From the NCBI GenBank assembly GCA_049317705.1, contig JBMOHT010000002.1, positions 2,862-66,861 on the forward strand: 64,000 bases of DNA, given 5' to 3'. The position numbers were made by a program, and so were the translations under genes. Positions 54,872-63,827 of this stretch are shown here, one piece after another. Under the pieces are notes generated by a model, which was given only the letters and a program-made list of their open reading frames with translations, had not been told where the DNA came from and made no database searches. How positions within the stretch are numbered: position 1 is the stretch's first letter; each line of letters starts with the position of its first letter. The stretch is from Bacteroidota bacterium. Its GTDB lineage: Bacteria; Bacteroidota; Ignavibacteria; UBA10030; UBA8401.

Positions 54872-56509
54872 ATGACAAAGATCCTCCTGATCCTGTTTCC
54901 GTTCATGATGTATTCGCAATCGGTGTATCTTGCCGCAACACATCCTGTCTATGCGTATCTCGACAAGATGGAGGCGAAACAGATCATCATCGGTTATCGC
55001 GATGCAGTGAAACCATTGTCGCGGGAAATGATCGCACGCTTCCTGATCCAGTCAGACACGACATCACTGACGATGACCGAAGTTGAAATGGAAGAACAGA
55101 TGTACTACAAGGAGGAGTTCTACCAGGAAATGGAGAACATCGGATATGAGAATATCATCGAGGAACGTTGGCATCTTTTTCAATACAACAGTGAGCCGGG
55201 TAGATTCAATGTAGATCTCATCGGAGGATATTCCTATCATGACCGAGCGGACGGTAAGTTTACCAAAGTGCTCTCAAATGGATTGAATGTCTATGGATCT
55301 CTCGGTAAAGATATCGGTCTGTATTTTATGTTCAGGGATAATACAGAATCCGGCACATACATAAGTGCCTCGAACCAATATTCTTCTGATCCTGCCCAGG
55401 TGATCGCACGTGATCTCACCAGTTTCATCAATTACGATCCTATGGATGCACAAGTGAATGTGGACTTCAGTTTCTTCACTCTCTCCGTGGAAAAGATGCA
55501 TAATGTATGGGGAGCGGGTGAACGGGGTAATCTCATCTTCTCCACCAAGGCACCATCATTTCCTCAGATCAAGCTTCGCGCCAAACTGGGAGAGAATATT
55601 GATTTCACGTATCTCCATGGATCACTCTACTCTGACATTCTTGATTCGTCACGTTCATATGTTGTGCCGGATGTCGTCGGAGGATTCGGCGTCCGTAAAG
55701 TATTCAGGCAAAAATATATAGCCGCGCATATGATCGAATTCACACCCTGGCAGGGAGTAGACCTTTCCATCGGTGAATCCGAGGTCTACGGCAGCAGAAA
55801 TCCCGAACTGATCTATCTCATTCCGATCATGTTCTTCAAAGCGGGTGAGCATTGGATGTATGACACTGATAATTCACAGATGTTCTTCTCTGCGGATCTG
55901 AATGTTGTTAAGGATCAGAACTACTATCTGACCCTATTCATGGATGAATTCTCCACCGAGGATTTTTTGAGCAGCAGCCGTCAGCATAACCAAATAGGAT
56001 TCACGGTCGGGACCAAGATGTACGATACATTCTTTGAGAACACCCGATTGATGGTCGAATATACACGCACGAATCCATGGGTCTACAACCATCGTTTCTC
56101 CGATGCAACGTTCCAAAGTCATAAGATCAATCTCGGCCATTGGATCGGACAGAATGCTGATCTCTTCACCTTCTCTTATTCGTTCAGGCCGATACGGACA
56201 CTGGAGACAGGGATATTTTTTGAATCACTCCGCAAAGGTGGAAAAGACTCGACAGTGATGCAATATCGTCTTCCGACACCGGAATTTCTTTATGGACCGC
56301 TGACCAAGAAACAGACATTCGGTATCATCGGCTCATATGAACCTGAGCGTGATCTGGTGATCGACTTCAGATTCCTCTACAGCAGGTTCACGTCGCAGGT
56401 GGACTTGACGAGTTTTGCACTGATCAAGAATCCGAATGAATACTATGTTGCGCAGGATTATGCGAAAAAATGGGATATTTTCGTCGGAATCCGATATAAT
56501 TTCGATTGA
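54872..56509 (+). CDS. Outer-membrane beta-barrel protein, capsule-assembly Wzi-like
   Basis: Signal peptide, then an N-terminal helical segment HPVYAYLDKMEAKQIIIGYRDAVKPLSREMIARFL typical of Wzi, then a long beta-rich region ending in an aromatic residue (...IRYNFD). The family call is by recollection only. Confidence 0.55.
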   Translation: MTKILLILFPFMMYSQSVYLAATHPVYAYLDKMEAKQIIIGYRDAVKPLSREMIARFLIQSDTTSLTMTEVEMEEQMYYKEEFYQEMENIGYENIIEERWHLFQYNSEPGRFNVDLIGGYSYHDRADGKFTKVLSNGLNVYGSLGKDIGLYFMFRDNTESGTYISASNQYSSDPAQVIARDLTSFINYDPMDAQVNVDFSFFTLSVEKMHNVWGAGERGNLIFSTKAPSFPQIKLRAKLGENIDFTYLHGSLYSDILDSSRSYVVPDVVGGFGVRKVFRQKYIAAHMIEFTPWQGVDLSIGESEVYGSRNPELIYLIPIMFFKAGEHWMYDTDNSQMFFSADLNVVKDQNYYLTLFMDEFSTEDFLSSSRQHNQIGFTVGTKMYDTFFENTRLMVEYTRTNPWVYNHRFSDATFQSHKINLGHWIGQNADLFTFSYSFRPIRTLETGIFFESLRKGGKDSTVMQYRLPTPEFLYGPLTKKQTFGIIGSYEPERDLVIDFRFLYSRFTSQVDLTSFALIKNPNEYYVAQDYAKKWDIFVGIRYNFD

Positions 56510-56555
56510 TGTTAAACTTGCCGGACACTCATTGTGTCAAAACCTCACGAAATGA

Positions 56556-57104
56556 ATGAATCAATCCGATGAACTGCAGCTGATAGAGGACTTCAAAAAG
56601 GGGAATGAACAGGCGTTCAATCTGCTCGTTCACCGTTATAAAGAGAAGGTCTATTGGATCGTCCGCAGATTGCTTCCGGACCATGATGAAGCGGATGATG
56701 TTACACAGAATGTCTTCATTAAAGTGTATCAGTCATTATCGACGTTCAAAGGAGATTCAAGTTTCTACACGTGGGTATACCGCATTGCGGTGAATCTGTC
56801 ATTGAATGAGATCCGGCGGAAGAAACTGCGGAAGACATTCTCGATGGATGATGAACTTCATCAGTACAAGTCGCCGGACGCGCTTCCATCCGAACAGATG
56901 GAGAAGGATGAGCGCACGCAGCAGATACGGGATGCTATCGAACTGCTCCCGGAAAAACAGAAAAAAGTATTCCTCCTGCGGTATTATGAAGAACTGCCGT
57001 ATGAAGAGATCGCGAAGATCCTTCATACAAGTGTCGGAGGATTGAAAGCGAATTATTTTCACGCAGTAAAGAAGATCGGAGAACACCTGAAACATGAACG
57101 CTGA
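56556..57104 (+). CDS. ECF-type RNA polymerase sigma-70 factor
   Basis: Region 2: FNLLVHRYKEKVYWIVRRLL..ADDVTQNVFIKVY, FYTWVYRIAVN. Region 4: LPEKQKKVFLLRYYEELPYEEIAKIL. Confidence 0.9.
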   Translation: MNQSDELQLIEDFKKGNEQAFNLLVHRYKEKVYWIVRRLLPDHDEADDVTQNVFIKVYQSLSTFKGDSSFYTWVYRIAVNLSLNEIRRKKLRKTFSMDDELHQYKSPDALPSEQMEKDERTQQIRDAIELLPEKQKKVFLLRYYEELPYEEIAKILHTSVGGLKANYFHAVKKIGEHLKHER

Positions 57105-57681
57105 AGAGCGATATGAGATGCTGATCGAATATGCCGAAGGCACGCTGCCTGCAGAACAGAGGCATACTGTCGAAGCGTTGATCGCCTCCTCTGCCGAGAT
57201 GCAGAACGATCTGGAGACGATCATGCTTGCGTTCGATTCCCTTCAGGTAGAACATCAACCCTCTGTTCCGGAACACTATTTCTCGAACTTTACGGCGGTG
57301 CTTCAGAAGAACATCGCTGCAGGGAAGAATAGGAATGTATGGTCCGTTCCGCGGTTTATTGTTTCACTGATCAAGCCGGCCGCAGTGATCACGCTCGCGT
57401 CGGTATTCATTCTGCTGTTTCGAACGCTGTCACCTGCTCCGTCACACGAGACGATCTATTCTCTTGTGAAGGGCTTTGAACAAAGCGAGATCGCTGCAGT
57501 GATCGACGAGACCCCGGCGATAACGGTAAATGCAGCAGAATCCCTTCTTGAGACGAAACTCCCCCGCGAATCATTCGGTATCGATCCGTCGAGTTATCAA
57601 AGTGAGAGTGAAATGTTCGCCTTCCTTGAGGATCATGAGGCGGAACAGGTGTTAGCACAACTGCAGCAACGAGGACAATAA
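57094..57681 (+). CDS. Putative anti-sigma factor (single-pass membrane protein)
   Basis: It overlaps the sigma gene by 11 nt. N-terminal helical anti-sigma-like segment YEMLIEYAEGTLPAEQRHTVEALI and a central TM helix PAAVITLASVFILLF. Confidence 0.6.
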   Translation: MNAEERYEMLIEYAEGTLPAEQRHTVEALIASSAEMQNDLETIMLAFDSLQVEHQPSVPEHYFSNFTAVLQKNIAAGKNRNVWSVPRFIVSLIKPAAVITLASVFILLFRTLSPAPSHETIYSLVKGFEQSEIAAVIDETPAITVNAAESLLETKLPRESFGIDPSSYQSESEMFAFLEDHEAEQVLAQLQQRGQ

Positions 57682-57691
57682 GAGGAAACCT

Positions 57692-58171
57692 ATGAGAATA
57701 TTATCGGTATGTTTCATGATCATTGTGGGGGTGATTCTGGTCTCCGCACAGCCGAACGAAATGAAGGGAGGACGTTTTCAACGTCCGATGGAACGTCTGG
57801 AACAATACAAAAAGATCCGGATGATCGAAGCGCTGAAACTTGATGAAGAGACCGGATTGAAACTGGTGGGACGATACAATAAGCATCGCGAGAATGTCAA
57901 ACAGCTGGAAGAGAACAGAGCGGCATTGGTCGAGAAACTTGAAGCACAGCTGAAATCGAATGCCGCTGACAGCGAACTGCAGAGATCCTTCAACGAGTTC
58001 TACGAGATCGAAAAGAAGATCGGAGAGTCGCGGAAGAAATTTCTCGAAGATCTGAAAGAGATCTTTACCAACAAACAGATCGCAGAATATATGGTCTTTG
58101 AACGGAATTTCATGACGGATCTCCGCAATACAGTGAAGGATATTCAGAAGGAACGGCGTCAACGCGAGTGA
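57692..58171 (+). CDS. Periplasmic all-helical protein (Spy/CpxP-like, tentative)
   Basis: Signal peptide, then a charged helical repeat (MERLEQYKKIRMIEALKLDEE..., QIAEYMVFERNF). It is the third gene of the sigma/anti-sigma unit. Confidence 0.45.
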   Translation: MRILSVCFMIIVGVILVSAQPNEMKGGRFQRPMERLEQYKKIRMIEALKLDEETGLKLVGRYNKHRENVKQLEENRAALVEKLEAQLKSNAADSELQRSFNEFYEIEKKIGESRKKFLEDLKEIFTNKQIAEYMVFERNFMTDLRNTVKDIQKERRQRE

Positions 58172-58197
58172 CGTGAACCGGATCGAACGTTGTATCA

Positions 58198-58231
58198 GGG
58201 GTGGAGCATTGTGCTTCACCCTTTGTTTTTT
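58198..58231 (+). terminator. Rho-independent terminator
   Basis: gggtggagca / tgcttcaccc stem (one G-U pair), loop ttg, then tttgtttttt. Confidence 0.7.
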
Positions 58232-58267
58232 GCATCTTCCTGATAATTACGATATATTTTCTCCGTG

Positions 58268-59437
58268 ATGAATACTCAGCCGCATATCTATCTTGATTAC
58301 AGTGCGTCGACACCGGTGGATGCCGAAGTCGCTGCCATCATTCAGCAGCAGATGGACCGGAATTTCGGTAATGCTTCATCCATCCACTCCTTCGGCCGAC
58401 AGGCGAAGGTGGTGCTGGAAGAGAGCCGTGAAACGATCGCACGCTTCATCGGTGCGGAAACATCGGAGATATTCTTCACTTCCGGCGGGACCGAAGCTGA
58501 CAACCATGCACTGATCGGCACGGCGCTTGCCGCGAGACGAAAGACAGGCAGGAACCATCTCATCGTTTCATCCATCGAACATCATGCGGTGCTGGATTGT
58601 GCAGAATACCTTTCAACACGCGGATTTCGTGTCACGTATATTCCTGTTGACAACAAAGGATTCGTCGATCCGTCAGTTGTCGCCGACCTCATCACCGATA
58701 CGACCTCCATTATCTCTGTGATGCATGCAAATAACGAGACCGGAGCTCTGCAGCCTGTCCGCGAATTATCACGTCTGGCGAATGAGAAGAATATCGTATT
58801 CCATTCGGATACTGTGCAGACCATCGGTAAGTTACCCGTGAATGTGAATGACCTCGGTATGGACCTGCTGGCGATATCAGCACACAAGATCTATGGACCG
58901 AAAGGGATCGGTGCTATCTACATCCGGAAAGGGACCGATCTTGTCCCGTTGATCCATGGGGGAGCGCAGGAACGGAAGAATAGACCGGGGACAGAGAATA
59001 TACCGCTGATCGCCGGTTTTGCCAAAGCAGTGGAACTTGCCGGCAGCACGATGGACAAGACAGCATCGGATGTAGCCGTTTTCAAGAATGAACTTATCAA
59101 AATGATCACTGCGTCCTGCTCAGGTATTATTTTCAACAGCGATTCTGAACGCTCAATTCCTCATATTTTAAGCATTTCTCTGGATCCTGAATTTTACGAT
59201 GTTGAAAGTGAGACAATGTTGATGGGCTTGGATCTTCGCGGAGTGGCTGTATCCAGCGGTTCGGCGTGCACGTCCGGCAGTGTTCAGCCGTCGCATGTTC
59301 TTATGGCGATGGGATATGATAAACGAACGGCGCAGTCTGCAGTACGTTTTTCATTTGGAAAATTCACAACAATTCAGGAAGTTGTGTCAGCAGGTAATAC
59401 CTTTTGTTCCATGGTGCAGTCATTCAAAAAACAATAA
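58268..59437 (+). CDS. Cysteine desulfurase (class I, IscS/NifS family)
   Basis: YLDYSASTP, TSGGTEADN, SAHKIYGPKG (PLP lysine), SSGSACTSG (catalytic Cys). A GTG at 58265 is an alternative start. Confidence 0.9.
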   Translation: MNTQPHIYLDYSASTPVDAEVAAIIQQQMDRNFGNASSIHSFGRQAKVVLEESRETIARFIGAETSEIFFTSGGTEADNHALIGTALAARRKTGRNHLIVSSIEHHAVLDCAEYLSTRGFRVTYIPVDNKGFVDPSVVADLITDTTSIISVMHANNETGALQPVRELSRLANEKNIVFHSDTVQTIGKLPVNVNDLGMDLLAISAHKIYGPKGIGAIYIRKGTDLVPLIHGGAQERKNRPGTENIPLIAGFAKAVELAGSTMDKTASDVAVFKNELIKMITASCSGIIFNSDSERSIPHILSISLDPEFYDVESETMLMGLDLRGVAVSSGSACTSGSVQPSHVLMAMGYDKRTAQSAVRFSFGKFTTIQEVVSAGNTFCSMVQSFKKQ

Positions 59438-59460
59438 CAGCACGTATTTCAGAGGTCATC

Positions 59461-59991
59461 ATGAAGCATATCCCACTCCTTTTTCTCCTTCTGGCGCTTG
59501 GTTGTGCAGATACAGAAGAGAACGCATCCACGAATCTTCGTAAAGGGGATGAATTCTATAATAAAGGAGAGTATGAGATCGCTGAATATTATTACGATAA
59601 GATCCCTGAAGAGAGCGTGCTGAAGAAAGCGGTAGCACGGAGGATCGAAGAGATCAATAAGATCAAGATCGACCCTTCGCTGGACAAGCATTCTACGAAG
59701 AAGAAGGAAGGCGTATTTATCACCAACCACACATTCGAATTGGGGACGATGGGGCTGCTGCCTCTGCATAAAATGACGATCGTCAACAATACCGATAAGA
59801 ACCTCCAATTCTGTGAATTGGAATTTGTGTATTATGATGCCGCAGGCAAAGAAGTGGAGAGACTTTCAACTGTCGCCACGACCGGCGTGCAGAAACAATC
59901 GCAAAAGAGTTTTGAAAAGATCACTCCGGGGGTTGTCAAACAGAAATTCTCGAAGGCTAACGTCATTCTGGCGAAACCGGTCTTCTTCTAA
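59461..59991 (+). CDS. Hypothetical lipoprotein
   Basis: The ATG at 59461 gives MKHIPLLFLLLALGC (lipobox), then a TPR-like helix pair and a beta-rich C-terminus. I recognise no family. Confidence 0.5.
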   Translation: MKHIPLLFLLLALGCADTEENASTNLRKGDEFYNKGEYEIAEYYYDKIPEESVLKKAVARRIEEINKIKIDPSLDKHSTKKKEGVFITNHTFELGTMGLLPLHKMTIVNNTDKNLQFCELEFVYYDAAGKEVERLSTVATTGVQKQSQKSFEKITPGVVKQKFSKANVILAKPVFF

Positions 59992-60908
59992 TTACTTCGT
60001 TCAAGTTCGCGGTAGAGGATGCCGTACCGAAGTCCTCTATCGCTGACAGTGATCTTCTGCAATCCGCTCCGTTCCATATATCCCATCAGAATTAAGATCC
60101 CGGCAAGAATGATATCTGCTCTCCCTGCGGAGATCTGTGGAAAAGCCGCGATCTGTGAGACCGATTTATCCTTCAACGATCCGAATAGCGCTCCGATATC
60201 ATTCAGCGTAAGTGTGTAACCGCTCACCTTCGTGCGGTCATACGCGGGAAGTGCTTGATGCAGTGCTGCTAGTGTTGTAAGTGTGCCGGCGACGCCGACA
60301 GCAAATGTCTGCGGTATCAATCTGACAGCTTCCGACGGGATCTGTGAAGCAATGAACTCATGCGCTTCGATCAATGCAGCGGTTTCAGGGGGTGAATCCT
60401 TCAGGATTCGCTCCGTCAGCCTTACACTCCCGATGTCGACACTCACTTTTGAGACGATCCCTTCGGCATTTCCAACGATGATCTCCGTGCTGCCGCCGCC
60501 GATATCCACAACGGAATACTGCTCAGCTTTTCCGGCAAACTCCGATATCCCGCCGCGGTATGTCCAACGCGCTTCATCATCACCCGAAAGGACTTCTATC
60601 AGGATGCCGGTCTGTTCTTCCATTGCAGAGATAAATTCTTTGCGGTTCTTTGCATCACGCACGGCACTGGTGCCGACGGCACATATCTTTTCGGCTCCAA
60701 GTCTGTCGCATGTCCTTTTATATTCTTTCAGGAATCCGGAAACACGGACAAACGTCTCCTGATTGATCACTCGTTCACTGTCAACTCCTTTTCCGAGCCG
60801 TGCGATCACCTGTTCATCGTGAAGGATGTTCAGCGATCCGTCCGAACGGGGTTCAGCGATCAGCAGCAGGATCGTATTCGTCCCGATATCAATGGATGCG
60901 ATCCTCAT
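59988..60908 (-). CDS. Ppx/GppA-family phosphatase (exopolyphosphatase-like)
   Basis: IASIDIGTNTILLLIA, VVDIGGGSTE, and an actin-like ATPase fold. 306 aa. Confidence 0.85.
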   Translation of the reverse strand: MRIASIDIGTNTILLLIAEPRSDGSLNILHDEQVIARLGKGVDSERVINQETFVRVSGFLKEYKRTCDRLGAEKICAVGTSAVRDAKNRKEFISAMEEQTGILIEVLSGDDEARWTYRGGISEFAGKAEQYSVVDIGGGSTEIIVGNAEGIVSKVSVDIGSVRLTERILKDSPPETAALIEAHEFIASQIPSEAVRLIPQTFAVGVAGTLTTLAALHQALPAYDRTKVSGYTLTLNDIGALFGSLKDKSVSQIAAFPQISAGRADIILAGILILMGYMERSGLQKITVSDRGLRYGILYRELERSN

Positions 60909-61756
60909 GCTTTCGCCGCCGCCATTCCTATCCAGTCGTTCTCCTGCAGAACAACAGTTACGTTGAACCCCCGCTGGTTCAGCGCTTCCTCAATGATCGT
61001 CCGGTCATTCGTCAGTAAACCCGAGAAAAGGATCGTCCCATTAGGAGCCACTTTGGCGAGCATCCCGTCCAGCAGGTCAAGGATCGTATTCCGTATGATA
61101 TTTGCAAGGATGATATCGAATGATGGTTCCGTCACCACGTCCATCGAACCGATTCGGATCTCGATCTTGTCTTCAACGTGGTTGCGCTGTGCGTTCTCAA
61201 TGCCGTTATCCATGGACCATTCATCGATATCGATGCCGACTGCATGCCGGGCGCCGAGCTGAAGCGCCGCGATCGCGAGGATGCCGGTCCCTGTGCCGAC
61301 ATCGAGAACGGTCGATCCCGGTCTGATGAACTGTTCCATCATCCGTATCATTAAGCGTGTCGTTTCGTGGTAGCCCGTGCCGAATGTCATTTTCGGATCG
61401 ATGATGATGATTGTCTTCGTACTGTCCGTCACCGGATGCCAGGAAGGAGTGATGACAAAGCGGTCCGATACCTGTATCGGCTGGATCGATCTTTCCCATT
61501 CCTCGTTCCAGTTTCTGTGCTGAATCTCCGTCGTGCTGATATGGTCGATCAACGGCAGATTGTACATCTCGGAAATATCACGGATGACGATCTCGATGGA
61601 ATCGTGCCACTCATCTTTCTTAATGTAACAATGCATCCCTCGGTCATCCTCCACGAATCCTTCGAAAGGGTAATCTGACAGTGCAGCAGGGAGGATCTCA
61701 CGGATCTGTTCGTCCGGCGGGACGGAGATATGGAAATCGAGATAGATATCGTTCAT
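60905..61756 (-). CDS. prmA: Ribosomal protein L11 methyltransferase
   Basis: IIIDPKMTFGTGYHETT, VLDVGTGTGILAIAA, GIDIDEWS. Confidence 0.9.
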   Translation of the reverse strand: MNDIYLDFHISVPPDEQIREILPAALSDYPFEGFVEDDRGMHCYIKKDEWHDSIEIVIRDISEMYNLPLIDHISTTEIQHRNWNEEWERSIQPIQVSDRFVITPSWHPVTDSTKTIIIIDPKMTFGTGYHETTRLMIRMMEQFIRPGSTVLDVGTGTGILAIAALQLGARHAVGIDIDEWSMDNGIENAQRNHVEDKIEIRIGSMDVVTEPSFDIILANIIRNTILDLLDGMLAKVAPNGTILFSGLLTNDRTIIEEALNQRGFNVTVVLQENDWIGMAAAKA

Positions 61757-61798
61757 AAAATTCTGCCGATATTAGATGGAGAAAATGTGCGGTTGAAT

Positions 61799-62788
61799 TT
61801 ACGGTGCGACCTTGGTATAGATCACTGCGGCGAGGACCTTGCCGACAGCTTCAAGACTTTCGCTGCTGCATTTGTCCGGTGTGTCCTGATGAGTGTGCCA
61901 GTGCGGATACTGGAAATCGATGATGTCGATGGTCGGAATTCCCGCTTCGTTCAGCGGTAGATGATCGTCGGAGATCCGTTCACCGGGGATACGGACGAAT
62001 TGAGTAGAGCGGACCTCTTCAGCAGTCTTCCAGACCATGTCTACAATTTGAGGAGCAAAATCCATCGAATTCAGTTCTAGCGGTAACTGAAGATCACGGT
62101 CGCCGACCATGTCCAACAAAATTCCGAATTGGGGAAGATAATCGGGAGCTTTTGTCTTGGCAAAATGGCGTGCGCCGAGGAAATAAAGATCGGTATTCCC
62201 GTCTTTTCGTGCATCGCCATAATCCTCGCCGTCTGTCAGCAGAATATCCACTCCGATGGGCGGGGGATTGTTCTTGAATAACCGTGCGAGCTCGAGCAGA
62301 ACGGCCACGCCGCTGGCTCCGTCATTCGCTCCGATGATCGGTTTATTCTGTAACGCCGGGTTTGCATCTTCCTCACCTCTGGGACGCGAATCCCAGTGTG
62401 CTGTCAACAGCACCCGTTTTGATGCTTTCGGATTGAATTGCGCAAAGACGTTCGTCAAAGAGAGAGTTTCGTTGTATCCTTTTTGTGAGAATCGCTGAAG
62501 AGTGACATAATCGGAGTATTTCTTCAGCTCATTCTCAAGAAGGGTGAGACATTTCGAATGTCCTGATGATCCCGGGTTGCGCGGACCTAAATTTGTCTGC
62601 GCTGTCAGCATCTCGAAGGAGCGCTTACCGTCAAATATCGGAACGTTTTTCTGCATTATGTGTTGGCTTTGCTGTTGGGACTGCGGTTGTTCAGCTTTTT
62701 TTGGTTCGCAGGCCGAAAATAGGAGGGTGAGGATCAAAAGAAAAACAGATGGAATGGTCGAACGAATTTCACTGAAAATGTTCCTCAT
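61799..62788 (-). CDS. M28-family zinc peptidase-like lipoprotein, glutaminyl-cyclase-like
   Basis: Lipobox LLFSAC. LLTAHWDSRP, GANDGASGVAVLLELAR, DGEDYG, HWHTHQDT (metal ligands of the M28/QC fold). Confidence 0.72.
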   Translation of the reverse strand: MRNIFSEIRSTIPSVFLLILTLLFSACEPKKAEQPQSQQQSQHIMQKNVPIFDGKRSFEMLTAQTNLGPRNPGSSGHSKCLTLLENELKKYSDYVTLQRFSQKGYNETLSLTNVFAQFNPKASKRVLLTAHWDSRPRGEEDANPALQNKPIIGANDGASGVAVLLELARLFKNNPPPIGVDILLTDGEDYGDARKDGNTDLYFLGARHFAKTKAPDYLPQFGILLDMVGDRDLQLPLELNSMDFAPQIVDMVWKTAEEVRSTQFVRIPGERISDDHLPLNEAGIPTIDIIDFQYPHWHTHQDTPDKCSSESLEAVGKVLAAVIYTKVAP

Positions 62789-62861
62789 CGTATAAAATTC
62801 TCATTGGTATTGAACTGTTGAATCATTATCTTGAAACAGAATATAACAAATTAAACGATAA

Positions 62862-63686
62862 ATGCCCTTACGAAAAGCGATATACTGGAGTATTTTCTGG
62901 ATTGTTCTGTCCCTGACGTTCAATGTAGTGATCTATTATACCCATGGACCGCAAAAAGCTCTCGAATTTCTTACCGGTTATATCATTGAGAAATCCCTCT
63001 CAGTCGACAACCTCTTCGTTTTTCTGATCGTCTTTACCATCTTTGGCGTAGAGTTGAAAGATCAGCGTCGGGTGCTGAATTATGGGATTGTCGGTGTTAT
63101 CATCCTCCGCGGTGTGCTGATCATACTCGGTGCCACTCTCGTTGAACAGTTCCACTGGATCCTTTATATCTTTGGCGCAATGCTGGTCTATGCTGGATAT
63201 AGAGTGGTGTATGGCGATGATGCGACCATAGAACCTGAGAAGAATGTTGCTGTAAATCTCTTCCGAAAGATCGTCCCGGTGAAGAACGAATATAAGGGAC
63301 ACCAATTCTTTATCAAAGAAGCCGGTAAAGTAATGGCCACCCCACTATTTGTCTGCTTACTGGTCGTTGAAACCACCGATGTGGTCTTTGCCATTGACTC
63401 GATACCTGCTATTTTTGCCATTACAACCGATACGTTCATCGTCTTGACCTCAAATTTAATGGCTGTGTTAGGACTTCGGTCTATGTATTTTGTCCTGGCT
63501 GAAGTTCACGCATCATTCCTCTACGTTAAATACGGAGTTGGTGTTGTTCTGGCGTATGTTGGTCTCAAAATGCTTATCATGGACTTCTATAAGATCGACA
63601 CCGTTGTTTCCCTCACGATTATTCTCTCCATTCTTACCATCTCAGTGGTTCTTTCCTTTCTCAAGAACCGTAACCCATCAAAGTAA
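62862..63686 (+). CDS. terC: TerC-family integral membrane protein
   Basis: GYIIEKSLSVDNLFVF, VETTDVVFAIDSIPAIFAIT. Confidence 0.9.
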   Translation: MPLRKAIYWSIFWIVLSLTFNVVIYYTHGPQKALEFLTGYIIEKSLSVDNLFVFLIVFTIFGVELKDQRRVLNYGIVGVIILRGVLIILGATLVEQFHWILYIFGAMLVYAGYRVVYGDDATIEPEKNVAVNLFRKIVPVKNEYKGHQFFIKEAGKVMATPLFVCLLVVETTDVVFAIDSIPAIFAITTDTFIVLTSNLMAVLGLRSMYFVLAEVHASFLYVKYGVGVVLAYVGLKMLIMDFYKIDTVVSLTIILSILTISVVLSFLKNRNPSK

Positions 63687-63827
63687 ACATTAGAATTATT
63701 TAACTTTGGCGGTACCTTAAGTTTGGGTACCTTTGTATGGTCGTTTAAGGGAACGTAGTTCTCTCATAACGTCCGGGCAAATGAACCTTCGAATTTTGAA
63801 GGGATTTCTCAACAACTTGAGCGTGTA

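Noticed and set aside
62789-62861. A possible yybP-ykoY (manganese) riboswitch upstream of the TerC-family gene.
   Set aside because: The spacer is only 73 nt and AT-rich, and I could see no paired-helix or conserved-motif structure. A covariance-model scan would be needed to be certain.
63709-63740. The hairpin ggtacc-ttaagtttg-ggtacc followed by tttgtat, as a possible terminator for terC.
   Set aside because: The stem is only 6 bp with a 9-nt loop and a weak T tract. This is too marginal to list as a feature.
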